Sequence record: MT682711.1
Strand: one strand, 5' to 3'
DNA length: 64,000 bases
Source of the DNA: Escherichia phage vB_EcoM_FB
This document shows, piece by piece, positions 50,015 to 60,613 of the stretch (positions are counted from its first letter, which is position 1; each line of letters opens with the position of its first letter). A program made the translations under genes and the position numbers. Under the pieces are notes generated by a model. The model was not told where the DNA came from. It saw only the letters and a list, made by a program, of their open reading frames with translations, and ran no database searches.

Positions 50015-50662
50015 ATGGCAGATTTAAAATTAGGTTCTACAGCAGGAGGTTCAGTATTATGGCACCAAGGTAATTTTCCCTTAACGCCTGTATCAAACGA
50101 CCTTCTTTACAAAACATATAAAGTTTACACCGAATATAATAAACCACAAGCCGCTGATAACGACTTTGTTTCAAAAGCAAATGGTGGTAATTATAAGAAT
50201 AACGTGTATTTTGAAAAAGGGCTGACCTTTAATGATACTAATGGATACGGTATTAAATTAGGAGCAAGAACTGGCGGAGCACCGTTCACGGCTTCTTTCC
50301 GTATTAAAGGCGCTTTTGGATATGAAACGGAAGACGCTACTCCGTTCATAATATTCAACCCAAGTACAGTAGTAGGTGCTAAACGCCTTACAGTAATGGG
50401 TGATTCATTATTCCGTCAAGTTTATGACGAATCAGGTCGTGTATTCAGCCCAGGCAACACCCCTACTAAAGCTCAAGTAGGATTATCGTTAGTAGATAAC
50501 GCAAAACAAGTCCAAATAAATAATACTAACATGCAAACAATGACCGGAGTACTTGCTGCTCCTAACTTTATTTCGCTGAATCCGGCCTCTGACGCAGGAC
50601 ACGTTCCTCGTTTTGACCAGATTGTCATTAAAGATTCTATTCAAGATTTTGGTTATTATTAA
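50015..50662 (+). CDS. 36: long tail fiber hinge/distal connector gp36
   Basis: 215 aa; MADLKLGSTAGGSVLWHQGNFPL and C-terminal HVPRFDQIVIKDSIQDFGYY. Confidence 0.9.
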   Translation: MADLKLGSTAGGSVLWHQGNFPLTPVSNDLLYKTYKVYTEYNKPQAADNDFVSKANGGNYKNNVYFEKGLTFNDTNGYGIKLGARTGGAPFTASFRIKGAFGYETEDATPFIIFNPSTVVGAKRLTVMGDSLFRQVYDESGRVFSPGNTPTKAQVGLSLVDNAKQVQINNTNMQTMTGVLAAPNFISLNPASDAGHVPRFDQIVIKDSIQDFGYY

Positions 50663-50670
50663 GAGGCATT

Positions 50671-53600
50671 ATGGCTACTTTAAAGCAAATCCAATTTAAA
50701 AGAAGTAAAGTAGCCGGTGTACGTCCGGCACCGGCCCAGTTGGCTGAAGGCGAACTGGCTATTAACTTAAAGGACCGTTTACTTTTTACTAAAGACGATA
50801 CTGGAGCTATTATCGACCTCGGTTTTGCTAAAGGCGGTAATATCGACGGTAATGTTATCCATAAAGGAAATTACACCCAAACCGGCGATTATACCCTAAA
50901 TGGTACCTTTACCCAAACAGGTGATTTTAATTTAACCGGTGTTGCTCGTGTAACTCGTGACATTATTGCCGCTGGCCAGATAATGACCGAAGGCGGCGAG
51001 CTTATTTCTAAGAGTGCATCGACGTCCCATTTGAGATTTTTTGACGGCGCATCCCGCGAACGTGGCATTATCTTTTCGCCAAATAATGCTGGAGCGACCA
51101 CTCAGGTAGTTAATATTCGCGTACAAGATTATGCGACAAGTGGCGAAAGCACTTATGCGTTTTCAGGCAATGGTGTGTTTTCTTCCCCTGAAGTTTTTGG
51201 ATGGAAATCTGTATCAACTCCGGTAATTTATACCAATAAAGTTATTACCAACGGTAAAGTTGCAGGCGATTATGATATCTATTCATTAGCAAATAACACC
51301 CCGTTGGCAGAAAGCGAAACGGCTATTAACCATCTCCGTGTTATGCGAAATGCAGTTGGTTCGAGCATTTTCCATGAAGTTAAAGATAATGACGGAATAA
51401 CCTGGTATTCCGGCGATGGCTTAGAAGCTTATCTTTGGTCGTTTACCTGGTCCGGCGGATTGAAAGCAGGTCATTCCATGTCTGTTGGTCTTCCACACGG
51501 CCCTAAAGGATATTCTGAATTAGGAACGGCTTCAATTGCTCTTGGTGATAATGATACCGGCTTACAATGGCACCAAGATGGTTATTTCTTTAGTGTAAAC
51601 AACGGCACAAGAACTTTCCTGAGCGGCCCTGCAGAAACTACTAGTCTTAGAAAAATGGTTATGGGTTATTCTGTAAACGGCACTGATTTAACTACGCCTC
51701 CGTCAGAAAACTATGCTTTGGCTACTGTTGTCACTTATCATGATAATAACGCATATGGCGATGGCCAAACTCTTTTAGGTTATTATCAAGGTGGAAATTA
51801 TCATCACTATTTCCGTGGTAAAGGTACTACAAACGTTAACACCGCCGGAGGTTTGTTAGTCACTCCCGGTAATATAGATGTGGTCGGTGGTTCAGTTAAT
51901 ATTGATGGCCGCAACAACGCTTCGACTCTTATGTTCAGAGGAAATACAACAGGAACTAGTTCAGTTGATAATATGACTATCAGCGTTTGGGGTAATACCT
52001 TTACTAATGTTGATGGCGACCGTAAAAACGTAATGGAAATATCTGATGCTACTAGCTGGATGCAATATATTCAACGAACAACTGCTGGTAAAGTCGAATC
52101 GGTTCTAAATGGCACCCAGATTGTTAATGAAAACTTGACTGTAGTAAAAAATGCTACATTTGACGGTACAATCAGCGCAGCCGGTGAAATCGCGACAAAT
52201 GCTGTAAATGGTCTTCGTATTTGGAACAATGATTACGGTGCCATTTTTAGACGTTCAGAAGGAAGTCTTCATATTATTCCAACTGCTTACGGTGAAGGTA
52301 AAAATGGTGATATCGGACCACTTCGTCCATTTAGTTTGGCTTTAGATACCGGTAAGGTTGTTATTCCTGACCTAGATTTGAGTTATGCTTCTTTTGCAGC
52401 AAACGGCTATATTAAATTCGGTGGACATGGTGCAGGTGCAGGCGGTTACGATATTCAATATGCACAAGCAGCTCCTGTTTTCCAAGAAATTGATGATGAC
52501 GCGGTAAGTAAATATTATCCTATTGTTAAGCAGAAATTCTTACAAGGAAAAGCTGTTTGGTCTTTAGGTACTGAAATTAATTCCGGGACTTTTGTTTTGC
52601 ATCATTACAAAGAAGACGGGACCCAAGGTCATACATCAAGATTTAATGCTGATGGTACAGTTAATTTCCCGGATAACGTGCAGGTTGGCGGTGGTGAAGC
52701 TACTATTAGCAAAAATGGTAACATCTGGTCTGATATCTGGAAAACGTTTACTTCTGCCGGTGATGTAACCAATCTTCTTGGTGCTGTCTATAGCCGTGTT
52801 TCTAAAGAAGGCGACACAATGACAGGCCGCTTAACTCTTAATGCAAACTCGGATGCTATTGTTATTAACAGTGCTGCAACCGAATCTGGTTATGTTAAAG
52901 GGCAAAAAGCAGGCGTTAATAACTGGTATGTGGGCAATGGCGGCGCTGATAACGCCCTATCGTTTTATAGTTTCCAAACTAATTCAGGTGTTAATATTCA
53001 TAATACGGGAGAAGTTGCTTTAGCTCCTCAGGGGTCGGATACTTTTTATTTTAATAGGGACCGACTTTATATAAAGGGTTCACAATGGGCTGCGCACCAG
53101 GCTGGCGATTGGGGAACTCAATGGAAGCAAGAAGCTCCGGTATTTGTAGATTTTGGTAATGTTGGTAATGATAGTTATTATCCGATTATCAAAGGAAAAT
53201 CTGGTATTACTAATGAAGGATATGTATCGGGTGTTGATTTCGGTATGCGTCGTATTACTAATACATGGGCCCAAGCTATTATCCGTGTTGGTAACCAGGA
53301 AAATGGCAACGATCCTGTAGGTATTTTCGAATTCCACTCTAGTGGTTTATTTTACGCCCCGTCTTTAGTCCAGACTCCTGCAATTGGTGTTGGTACTGTT
53401 AATGGATTAGGCTCTCCTAGTATTGCTATTGGTGATAACGACACAGGATTATCGCATGGTGGTGACGGCCGAATCAATATGGTTGCCAATGGTATGCATA
53501 TTGCTTCATGGTCTAGTTCTTACCATATCCATGAAGGTCTTTGGGATACCACTGGTGCTTTGTGGACTGAAACAGGAAGAGCTATTATTTCTTTTGGTCA

Positions 53601-53991
53601 TTTAATCCAACAAAGCGATGCCTATTCAACATTTGTCCGTGACGTTTATGTTCGTTCTGATATTCGTGTTAAAAAAGACCTTGTTAAATTTGAAAATGCT
53701 TCTGAGAAGCTTTCTAAAATTAACGGCTACACTTATATGCAGAAACGTGGCCTGGATGAAGAAGGTAATCAGAAATGGGAACCTAACGCTGGTTTAATTG
53801 CTCAAGAAGTTCAAGCTATTTTACCTGAATTGGTTGAAGGCGACCCTGACGGTGAAGCTTTACTTCGTTTAAACTATAACGGTGTAATTGGTTTAAATAC
53901 AGCTGCAATCAATGAGCACACTGCAGAAATAGCAGAATTGAAATCAGAGATTGAAGAACTTAAAGCACTAATTAAATCATTGTTAAAATAA
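50671..53991 (+). CDS. 37: long tail fiber distal subunit gp37 with C-terminal intramolecular-chaperone-like domain
   Basis: 1106 aa; last ~110 aa (SDIRVKKDL...NGYTYM...[15 protein letters not shown]...coiled coil) resemble self-cleaving chaperone domains of tail spikes. Confidence 0.9.
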   Translation: MATLKQIQFKRSKVAGVRPAPAQLAEGELAINLKDRLLFTKDDTGAIIDLGFAKGGNIDGNVIHKGNYTQTGDYTLNGTFTQTGDFNLTGVARVTRDIIAAGQIMTEGGELISKSASTSHLRFFDGASRERGIIFSPNNAGATTQVVNIRVQDYATSGESTYAFSGNGVFSSPEVFGWKSVSTPVIYTNKVITNGKVAGDYDIYSLANNTPLAESETAINHLRVMRNAVGSSIFHEVKDNDGITWYSGDGLEAYLWSFTWSGGLKAGHSMSVGLPHGPKGYSELGTASIALGDNDTGLQWHQDGYFFSVNNGTRTFLSGPAETTSLRKMVMGYSVNGTDLTTPPSENYALATVVTYHDNNAYGDGQTLLGYYQGGNYHHYFRGKGTTNVNTAGGLLVTPGNIDVVGGSVNIDGRNNASTLMFRGNTTGTSSVDNMTISVWGNTFTNVDGDRKNVMEISDATSWMQYIQRTTAGKVESVLNGTQIVNENLTVVKNATFDGTISAAGEIATNAVNGLRIWNNDYGAIFRRSEGSLHIIPTAYGEGKNGDIGPLRPFSLALDTGKVVIPDLDLSYASFAANGYIKFGGHGAGAGGYDIQYAQAAPVFQEIDDDAVSKYYPIVKQKFLQGKAVWSLGTEINSGTFVLHHYKEDGTQGHTSRFNADGTVNFPDNVQVGGGEATISKNGNIWSDIWKTFTSAGDVTNLLGAVYSRVSKEGDTMTGRLTLNANSDAIVINSAATESGYVKGQKAGVNNWYVGNGGADNALSFYSFQTNSGVNIHNTGEVALAPQGSDTFYFNRDRLYIKGSQWAAHQAGDWGTQWKQEAPVFVDFGNVGNDSYYPIIKGKSGITNEGYVSGVDFGMRRITNTWAQAIIRVGNQENGNDPVGIFEFHSSGLFYAPSLVQTPAIGVGTVNGLGSPSIAIGDNDTGLSHGGDGRINMVANGMHIASWSSSYHIHEGLWDTTGALWTETGRAIISFGHLIQQSDAYSTFVRDVYVRSDIRVKKDLVKFENASEKLSKINGYTYMQKRGLDEEGNQKWEPNAGLIAQEVQAILPELVEGDPDGEALLRLNYNGVIGLNTAAINEHTAEIAELKSEIEELKALIKSLLK

Positions 53992-54022
53992 TAAGAGGGG
54001 CTTAGGCCCCTTGGAGGTTTAT

Positions 54023-54820
54023 ATGGCAGTTGGAGGACCGTGGGTAGGATCGTCTGCAGTAGCTAATACAGGACAAAATTGGATGGGCGGCGCCGCTCAA
54101 CGATTGAGAATGGGTATTCCGTTTTGGATGAGTAATATGAACGGTCGGTCTGTTGAAGTAATTCACACCATAACAGCAAACCATAATTTTAATGGCCAGT
54201 GGTTCCGCGACCGCTGTTTTGAAGCAGGCAGCGCACCTATTGTGTTTAATATCACAGGCGATATAGTATCTTACGACCGTAATGTTCCATTGTTCTTTAT
54301 GAATGCCGACACACCTAATGAATATGTCAATTTGACTATTCATGGAGGCGTGCATATGTGGGGTCGAGGTGGCCACGGTGGGTGGACCCATTCAGGTGGC
54401 GACGGTAACGGTCAATGGGGCGGTGATTGTATAGTCAACCATATAGGTCATAGACTACGTATTTGGAACTATGGGGTTATCTGTGGCGGTGGCGGTGGCG
54501 GTGGTGGCATTGCGTATCGTCCTCACTCAGGTGCTAACTGGCAAGATATCGGTGGTGGTGGTGGACGTCCATTTGGTCCTGGTGGCGGTGGTGGATACTC
54601 CGGTGGTGGTGCTTCTTATGAAAGCCCTGGTGGTGGATACGATTATGGTAACGCCCACTCAGGTCGTGGCGGTGATGCTGGCGGCGCTGGCGGCAACGCA
54701 TGGAATGATGGTGGTAAAGTTCTTAAAGTTGGGGCTGGGGGCGGTTCTGGGGCTGCTGTTGCCGTTTCTGCTCCTGCATGGGGCGCGACAGGTACGATTT
54801 ACGGTCCTTGGCTTAGTTAA
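54023..54820 (+). CDS. 38: T2-type gp38 receptor-recognising adhesin (glycine-rich motifs)
   Basis: start re-set to ATG 54023 with GGAGG SD; several poly-Gly tracts (GGGGGGGG, GGGGG) separating variable segments. Confidence 0.8.
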   Translation: MAVGGPWVGSSAVANTGQNWMGGAAQRLRMGIPFWMSNMNGRSVEVIHTITANHNFNGQWFRDRCFEAGSAPIVFNITGDIVSYDRNVPLFFMNADTPNEYVNLTIHGGVHMWGRGGHGGWTHSGGDGNGQWGGDCIVNHIGHRLRIWNYGVICGGGGGGGGIAYRPHSGANWQDIGGGGGRPFGPGGGGGYSGGGASYESPGGGYDYGNAHSGRGGDAGGAGGNAWNDGGKVLKVGAGGGSGAAVAVSAPAWGATGTIYGPWLS

Positions 54821-54825
54821 GAATT

Positions 54826-54833
54826 TATAAATA
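54826..54833 (+). promoter_or_regulatory. late promoter TATAAATA for holin t
   Basis: exact TATAAATA 19 nt before ATG 54852. Confidence 0.6.
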
Positions 54834-54851
54834 TCTTTAAAGGAGAAAAGT

Positions 54852-55505
54852 ATGGAACCAAAAGTAGGAATATCATTATCAGACCTACTTTTTGGACTTC
54901 TTGATAGAATTTTTAAAGATACTTCTTCCGGGAAAGTAGTTTTTTCCCGGGTCCTAGTCGTGATATTATTGTTCTTTATGGCATTGGTTTGGTATAAAGG
55001 CGAGTATATTCTAAACTTTTATAAAGAGACAACTTATGCCTCTTATACTGAAATGATTAGACAAGACCAGGACAATAGATTTAAAATTGCGGCTATCGAG
55101 CAGCTCCGAATAGTGCATTCTTCTTCAGGCGCAGACTTCACAGCAATATATTCTTTTAGACCAACCAACATGAATTATTTTGTGGATATGGTTGCTTACG
55201 AGGGTAAATTACCGGAAACGGTAGACGCAAAAAATACGGGAGGGTTTCCAATTGACAAAACGTCAGTAGAATATATGGCGGGAGTTAACGGGAACTATTT
55301 TGAATCAAGTACCGAAACTGTATTCCTTCCTACAAAGAAGAAAACACAATTCACGTATATGTTTTCATGCCCGTTTTTTAATTTGGATAACGTCTACTCC
55401 GGCTCGATATCGTTGTACTGGTATGATATCAAACCGGATTTAGGATTTCCTAGACTTTCGTCTATGTGCGGTCAAGCCGGAAGGACATTAGGTCGAACAC
55501 GTTAG
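54852..55505 (+). CDS. t: holin T
   Basis: 217 aa; single N-terminal TM (VVILLFFMALVWY) and large periplasmic domain; LSDLLFGLLDRIFKD as in T4 T. Confidence 0.9.
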   Translation: MEPKVGISLSDLLFGLLDRIFKDTSSGKVVFSRVLVVILLFFMALVWYKGEYILNFYKETTYASYTEMIRQDQDNRFKIAAIEQLRIVHSSSGADFTAIYSFRPTNMNYFVDMVAYEGKLPETVDAKNTGGFPIDKTSVEYMAGVNGNYFESSTETVFLPTKKKTQFTYMFSCPFFNLDNVYSGSISLYWYDIKPDLGFPRLSSMCGQAGRTLGRTR

Positions 55506-55777
55506 AAATTGGAGGTATACATCATTAAATAACGGTGTATATCTTCATATCCTTCATTAAATTGCTCAATAAGAGTGTCACGTTCATCTTCAGTTAAAGA
55601 CTTAAATAATTTGTTATAAGACAAACCATTAAGTTCCTTTCCATGTTCATTACGAATACCCAACTCATTCAAAAAGGCAATAAACTCATCACGACGTTGC
55701 ATGATGTCTTCACAATCCGTTTTAATCAAAATGGAAACAATAGTAGCAATTTCGGAAACAATTTCAATTTTAGTCAT
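55502..55777 (-). CDS. asiA: AsiA anti-sigma70 factor
   Basis: start re-set to ATG 55777 (91 aa); IVSILIK...FIAFLNE...LIEQFNEGYEDIHRYLMMY as in T4 AsiA. Confidence 0.85.
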   Translation of the reverse strand: MTKIEIVSEIATIVSILIKTDCEDIMQRRDEFIAFLNELGIRNEHGKELNGLSYNKLFKSLTEDERDTLIEQFNEGYEDIHRYLMMYTSNF

Positions 55778-55819
55778 AATATTCTTCTTCAATTCAGTAC
55801 GTCATTATCTGATAGGGCT

Positions 55820-55848
55820 ATACTAACATATCCTTAGGGATTGTAAAC
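55820..55848 (-). promoter_or_regulatory. early promoter (GTTTACA ... TAGTAT) for asiA
   Basis: early promoter consensus. Confidence 0.5.
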
Positions 55849-56081
55849 ATGTTCTTCGTTCTTTTTAACATATTCCTGATACATCTCTTCTATTGGTTCC
55901 TGGAACTTAAAATCAGCTCCCAGGAATTCCTCAAAGCACTCCTGCTCACGTGTACGCATGCCTGTTACGGTATTCTCTAAGTTATGACTCATAGCCTTTA
56001 CCCTTATGTTTCTGTTTACGTTTAGACTCTTTAAAGTTTTTCTTCTTATCCTTATGGACAGAAGCCTTATTGAAATCGTGC

Positions 56082-56363
56082 TTAGCTACCAGATTGTTCA
56101 CGTAATTTCCTTAATTGATATTCAAGAGAGCTGATAATTTCTTTATTAGTTGCAATATACATATCACGTAGGAACGGCTTCAACCCTTCCATATTACCAT
56201 GGATTGTCTTAGAACTAATATTCTTTATATATTCGTGGTCTAAGGCATCCCAAGCCGGTTGGTTGACATAAGTTCCCCAGTTGTCTTCCACCATGACATT
56301 AAGACGTTTAACATGATTAATATGGGCTTCGATTGCATCAATCTGGAGTTGTTTAAGATTCAT
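56082..56363 (-). CDS. hypothetical protein (93 aa; arn position)
   Basis: ORF; TAATG junction with upstream gene. Confidence 0.45.
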   Translation of the reverse strand: MNLKQLQIDAIEAHINHVKRLNVMVEDNWGTYVNQPAWDALDHEYIKNISSKTIHGNMEGLKPFLRDMYIATNKEIISSLEYQLRKLREQSGS

Positions 56364-56851
56364 TAGTAAAGGTCCTCAGAGTAAAGTTCTTTTTCACTGC
56401 CACCACGTTCAATACGAACTTGATTAGCATAAGTCGCAATAATCATTGCTTCTTCGCGAGTCCAATAGTTTGAATATTGGTCAATAAATCCTTGGTCATC
56501 ACCACAAACATGGTCTGATACAAGTTTATCACTTACCTGGTCGAGAACTTCAGCCATATCTTTAGAATAATGACGAGCGCCAGGAATAACCAGAGTCCCA
56601 CCGTCTTTTAACTTAAAGCGGTTGGCTGCGCACACAATCATGCGCTGATATTTTTCATTATTGTTCCAATGAGCGATTTGCCAACAGATTTCAGGAACCT
56701 CTTCTAAAACATCCTCTTCTGTATATTCGGTGTAATCACCATATGCCCGTAATTTAGCTGCTAGACTTTCAGGCGTCTCACGAGAAAGAGCTTTATCTAA
56801 TAAAGCCATACGGTCTTTAAAGGATAATGCTTTACCTTTTAATGGATTCAT
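56363..56851 (-). CDS. hypothetical protein (162 aa) with Cys/His-containing motifs
   Basis: IVCAANRF...[10 protein letters not shown]...[10 protein letters not shown]; no family recognised. Confidence 0.5.
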   Translation of the reverse strand: MNPLKGKALSFKDRMALLDKALSRETPESLAAKLRAYGDYTEYTEEDVLEEVPEICWQIAHWNNNEKYQRMIVCAANRFKLKDGGTLVIPGARHYSKDMAEVLDQVSDKLVSDHVCGDDQGFIDQYSNYWTREEAMIIATYANQVRIERGGSEKELYSEDLY

Positions 56852-57195
56852 TTGAAAATCACCTTATGGCCGTTATCTTTAGCAAATTCTTGAATTTTGG
56901 TGGCAGTTTCAATTAACTCGCCTTTATAATAGGATGATAATTTAATATTAACTGTTTGGCCCTCGCCATACGAAGTTATATTTACCTTTTCAATAAAAAT
57001 AATCTCAAGAAATCGTAATAACTGCATACCAAATTCAAGATAAACGTTATCAATCTGGAGATCGAGTTGGTAAATTTTCTTAATACCGCTTACCAAAGCT
57101 ACACGCTCGTCCCAATCATTACGTTGTTCTTCAATCAATTTAAGGGAATGACCTTCACCGTCCCAGTTAAGTTCCATCGGAATCATTTGAACCAT
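56848..57195 (-). CDS. hypothetical protein (115 aa)
   Basis: ORF; ATGA junction. Confidence 0.45.
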   Translation of the reverse strand: MVQMIPMELNWDGEGHSLKLIEEQRNDWDERVALVSGIKKIYQLDLQIDNVYLEFGMQLLRFLEIIFIEKVNITSYGEGQTVNIKLSSYYKGELIETATKIQEFAKDNGHKVIFK

Positions 57196-57512
57196 CCTTT
57201 AATACGCTGCCATAAAGATTTCTGTTGAGCTTTATTAACACCAATTGAACGGATAACCGGTTGTGATTCTTGGTATTCTTTGTAGTCCGCTTTATAGACT
57301 TCATAAGCCGCTGGGACAAAGGTGCTGATTGCCGCCATAAAGTTTTTGCGAATTCCCATAGAAGCTTCAGAACCACCACGGATGATTAAGTATTTACCTG
57401 CTTTAATCTTAACAATAGTGCCGAGATAAGCACCGTGGTACCAAATGTCCCAACCTTCTTGAGTAGGTTCTGCACAACGACGAAGTTCATTAACAATATT
57501 AAGCTTGTTCAT
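57183..57512 (-). CDS. hypothetical protein (109 aa)
   Basis: TGAGGAAATT SD. Confidence 0.45.
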   Translation of the reverse strand: MNKLNIVNELRRCAEPTQEGWDIWYHGAYLGTIVKIKAGKYLIIRGGSEASMGIRKNFMAAISTFVPAAYEVYKADYKEYQESQPVIRSIGVNKAQQKSLWQRIKGWFK

Positions 57513-57530
57513 AATAATTTCCTCAGTCAG

Positions 57531-58163
57531 TTAAATTGCGTTGGTTACGGTTTTGATAACTTCAGATGATACATTTTGGAAGTCGATATAAGTATTCTTA
57601 CCACCAGTCTTAATCTTAACATCAAGATTCAAGGAAGTAAACACTTGTTTTTCTTTATCAGTCATATTATAACCGAAGATACGCATCATTCCGTCACGAC
57701 GGACTTCAATTTGACGAATACCATTGGTACGTTTGGCGAATCGAACTTCAAGGTTGCTACGGTTTTCAGCAATTTCACGAATCTCGATACGATCTTCTAA
57801 TAAAGCTTTAACTTCATCGGCCATGGTTACCATTTCAGGAGTAACACCACGTGAGCTACGTGTTTTACGTTTTTCCAACATCTCTGGAGCATTTTCAGAA
57901 GCGAACAGGTCGGCGGCTTTTTGAACTAGGTCCATTGCTTCACCCGTAGCCACTAAACCATCACCGGATTTTTCGATGAATCCTTTCTTAATCAATACAC
58001 CGATGTTAGAGTTAACTACCGCAGCACTAAATTGCTCACTCAGGGCTTCACGGACTTCGCCTGAAGTGATGAAGTTATGCTTGATGATATGTACTAAGAT
58101 CGAAGCAGTTTTTTCATTCAGGACGTCTTCAGAAGCTTTGATGATATAAGTAATTTTAGACAT
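57531..58163 (-). CDS. motA: MotA middle-transcription activator
   Basis: start re-set to ATG 58163; MSKITYIIKASEDVLNEKTASIL...VVNSNIGVLIKKGFIEKSGDGL as in T4 MotA. Confidence 0.9.
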   Translation of the reverse strand: MSKITYIIKASEDVLNEKTASILVHIIKHNFITSGEVREALSEQFSAAVVNSNIGVLIKKGFIEKSGDGLVATGEAMDLVQKAADLFASENAPEMLEKRKTRSSRGVTPEMVTMADEVKALLEDRIEIREIAENRSNLEVRFAKRTNGIRQIEVRRDGMMRIFGYNMTDKEKQVFTSLNLDVKIKTGGKNTYIDFQNVSSEVIKTVTNAI

Positions 58164-58201
58164 TTTGTATCTCCATTTCACTCTATTGTTTTGATAGGTC
58201 T

Positions 58202-58230
58202 ATAGTATCATGTTTAAAGCAGAAGTAAAC
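58202..58230 (-). promoter_or_regulatory. early promoter (GTTTAC ... TACTAT) for motA
   Basis: early promoter consensus; MotA-box-like TGCTTTAAA overlaps. Confidence 0.5.
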
Positions 58231-58253
58231 ACTTTTTTCACTAAACCAAAAAA

Positions 58254-58269
58254 GGAACCCGAAGGTTCC
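58254..58269. terminator. hairpin between gene 52 side and motA
   Basis: GGAACC-cgaa-GGTTCC flanked by A6/T5. Confidence 0.65.
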
Positions 58270-58374
58270 TTACTTTTTAAAGTGAGCTGCTATTAAACCT
58301 ATAGCTAAGCCTGTCGCCAGGCCCAGAATAACAGCAAAGATACAGAGTAACAAGAACTCGACTCCAAGGCTCAT
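58270..58374 (-). CDS. small hydrophobic peptide (34 aa)
   Basis: MSLGVEFLLLCIFAVILGLATGLAIGLIAAHFKK; ATGA overlap with gene 52 stop. Confidence 0.35.
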   Translation of the reverse strand: MSLGVEFLLLCIFAVILGLATGLAIGLIAAHFKK

Positions 58375-59699
58375 AGAGCCTCCAAATCTTTAACATACTC
58401 AGTTACCACATCAGTAGATTTCCAGTATTGATGCTCTTCTTTCTTAGCCTTGGCTTCGAGGGCCAGTTTCTTGGCTTCATCGGATGTGATATGGAAAATG
58501 TTCATTGCAACCAGTTTATCAGCGTATTCGCCGTAGACTTTATTACCAGCCAATTCCTCAGTTAAAACCTTACGAGTCTTACCTTGGATAACTACAGTCC
58601 CGTCAATAACATCTTTGATGAATGTGGCTTTAGCCAATGCTAGTTTAAAAGCTTCTTCGGTTTCGATGATTTTACCATCAATACGTTTTTGTACAAAGGT
58701 CTTACGGACCTCAACGAAATCACGAATCAGTTCAACTGCATCTTCGTAAACCTTAAGTTTACCTTTTTCATTAATGACGGTCAGGTTTTGTGAACGACGT
58801 TCGATTAACCCGAAGTCCTTCATGATTTTTTCATGCTTCTTGTTTTCTTCGGTAGGCAATTCGTATTCTTTACGAATCTTAACCTTGAAGCCAAAACCGT
58901 TCTCGTCACAGTCATCATCATATGTGATATAGCCTTTGTCTTCCAGAGGGTCTAATATCTTGGCCACATATGTTTCACGGTCGTATTTGTATGGGATTTC
59001 CGTGATATGCATTTGGGTCCGAGATGTGAACTTATACGTTCCACGAATCTCATAACTACCTGGTTCAATTTCAACAACTTCACCGCGGAATTCAGGATAA
59101 GCCACTTTAGGCTTGGTTACACGTTTTTCCTGAAGAACTTGCAATACAGCTTTCTTAACAGAATCAAAACTATGAGGAAGAATATTAGTTGCATAACCAG
59201 TTGCAATACCGGAAACACCATTAAGAAGAACAGTAGGAATAATAGGCAGATAAAAAGCCGGTGGCTTATGTTCGACATCCGCATGAACCGGAGCATATTC
59301 TGTGTCCTTATAAACTTTTGCAAAGTTACTTCCAATACGTGCAAAGATATAACGAGAGGCCGCAGCTTTTTGAACCAATCGGGAACCAAAGTTACCTTGA
59401 CCGTCTAACAATGGATAGTTGTTGTTCCATGTGTTAGCCATCAAAGCCCCAGCTTCCTGAGCAGAGGCTTCGCCATGGTGGTATCCGAGGTCGGCTACAC
59501 CACCAGCGATAGAAGCCAGTTTGTGGAATTTTTCTTTATTACCACGAGCCATATCAAGACAACGAGCAATTACAAAACGTTGTACAGGTTTAAAGCCATC
59601 AATCATATTTGGAATGGCTCGGTTTTCGACAGTATACATTGCATAAGCCAATGCTTCTTTGTCGATAATACTTTTTAAACCACGAGATGTTAATTCCAT
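58371..59699 (-). CDS. 52: DNA topoisomerase II medium subunit gp52
   Basis: 442 aa; YAMYTVENRAIPNMIDGFKPVQRFV near-identical to recalled T4 gp52. Confidence 0.95.
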   Translation of the reverse strand: MELTSRGLKSIIDKEALAYAMYTVENRAIPNMIDGFKPVQRFVIARCLDMARGNKEKFHKLASIAGGVADLGYHHGEASAQEAGALMANTWNNNYPLLDGQGNFGSRLVQKAAASRYIFARIGSNFAKVYKDTEYAPVHADVEHKPPAFYLPIIPTVLLNGVSGIATGYATNILPHSFDSVKKAVLQVLQEKRVTKPKVAYPEFRGEVVEIEPGSYEIRGTYKFTSRTQMHITEIPYKYDRETYVAKILDPLEDKGYITYDDDCDENGFGFKVKIRKEYELPTEENKKHEKIMKDFGLIERRSQNLTVINEKGKLKVYEDAVELIRDFVEVRKTFVQKRIDGKIIETEEAFKLALAKATFIKDVIDGTVVIQGKTRKVLTEELAGNKVYGEYADKLVAMNIFHITSDEAKKLALEAKAKKEEHQYWKSTDVVTEYVKDLEAL

Positions 59700-59703
59700 A
59701 ATT

Positions 59704-59844
59704 TTACCATACTAGTGAATGAATAGCCATAATAACATCGGAAATAAAAAGCACAACTTGGATAAGTCCGAACATTACTCCATAATACAGCGCTACTAAT
59801 AATGCAGCAAGGGCTACTGAGTAGCCCAAGATTTTCTTAATCAT
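59704..59844 (-). CDS. small hydrophobic membrane peptide (46 aa)
   Basis: [46 protein letters not shown]. Confidence 0.4.
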   Translation of the reverse strand: MIKKILGYSVALAALLVALYYGVMFGLIQVVLFISDVIMAIHSLVW

Positions 59845-59998
59845 TTTTAATCATCTTAAGTAAACCGACAGAAGTAGAAAGAACCCAGCCAATAAACAGA
59901 AAACTTAAGAATACCGGACCAGGGGCCCACACACCTAAAAAGAAGCAAACTGAACAGACTATAGCCATAATAAGTTCAATAAAAACTAGGATAACCAT
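59837..59998 (-). CDS. ac: Ac-like small membrane protein (53 aa)
   Basis: hydrophobic; sits between 52 and stp as T4 ac does. Confidence 0.55.
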
Positions 59999-60087
59999 AT
60001 TTTCCTCATTAGCGGTCCGAAGACGCCTTTAGTTTTAAGATTGTTACGATAGAACTGCATCACATGCTCGTTATGGAAATTACTCAT
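59986..60087 (-). CDS. stp: Stp peptide (activator of PrrC anticodon nuclease in T4)
   Basis: [24 protein letters not shown] matches recalled T4 Stp; C-terminus differs and is 7 aa longer. Confidence 0.65.
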
Positions 60088-60536
60088 TAGTATGCCTGCA
60101 GAATGAATTTAAAGTTATCAGCCAACATGCGGTTCATTTCTTCCAGTGTCTGGAGGTCGGAACTATGATTGCGGGTGAAAGCCATTGCAATTTGACCCTT
60201 ACCAAAACCTGTAGTCAGGGGTTTCATCTTAGAAGCCGGTACATAAAGAACTTCATACACAACACCATTCACTGCCATGGTGCGAGCTGATTGAGAACGT
60301 TTCTTACGAATATTAGCCACGATACCATCGAGACCTTGAGCAGAACGTTGGTTACCGACATAAAAACGAGCCGCTACGACACGAGAATCAGCGCCGCCTT
60401 TAACAAAGAAGTAGAAGCCTGGCTGAGCTGCCGTTTCTTTAGAAGGTTTGCCATTTTGGTATTCACCGTTCTTAACATAAGCAACAGTAGTAGCACCAGC
60501 AGACAGAACGTTACGGCGAGTCATATAAGTATTCAT
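60087..60536 (-). CDS. ndd: Ndd nucleoid disruption protein
   Basis: 149 aa; [22 protein letters not shown]...[21 protein letters not shown] as in T4 Ndd. Confidence 0.9.
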
Positions 60537-60585
60537 ATCAATTTCCTCAGTAGATTAATGTTTTGTTATCCAGTCAACGAGAACC

Positions 60586-60613
60586 ATTATAACATGATTC
60601 TCGAGGTTGTAAA
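60586..60613 (-). promoter_or_regulatory. early promoter (GTTTACA-N16-TATAAT) for ndd
   Basis: perfect -10 TATAAT. Confidence 0.5.

Noticed and set aside
54002-54830. ORFs 54002..54391 (-) and 54471..54830 (+) inside gene 38
   Set aside because: Produced by the Gly-codon repeats of gene 38 in alternative frames; no independent signals.
55834-55992. 52-aa ORF between asiA and the 93-aa gene
   Set aside because: Overlaps the asiA promoter, weak SD, and in frame with upstream non-ATG codons; could be real but the evidence is insufficient.
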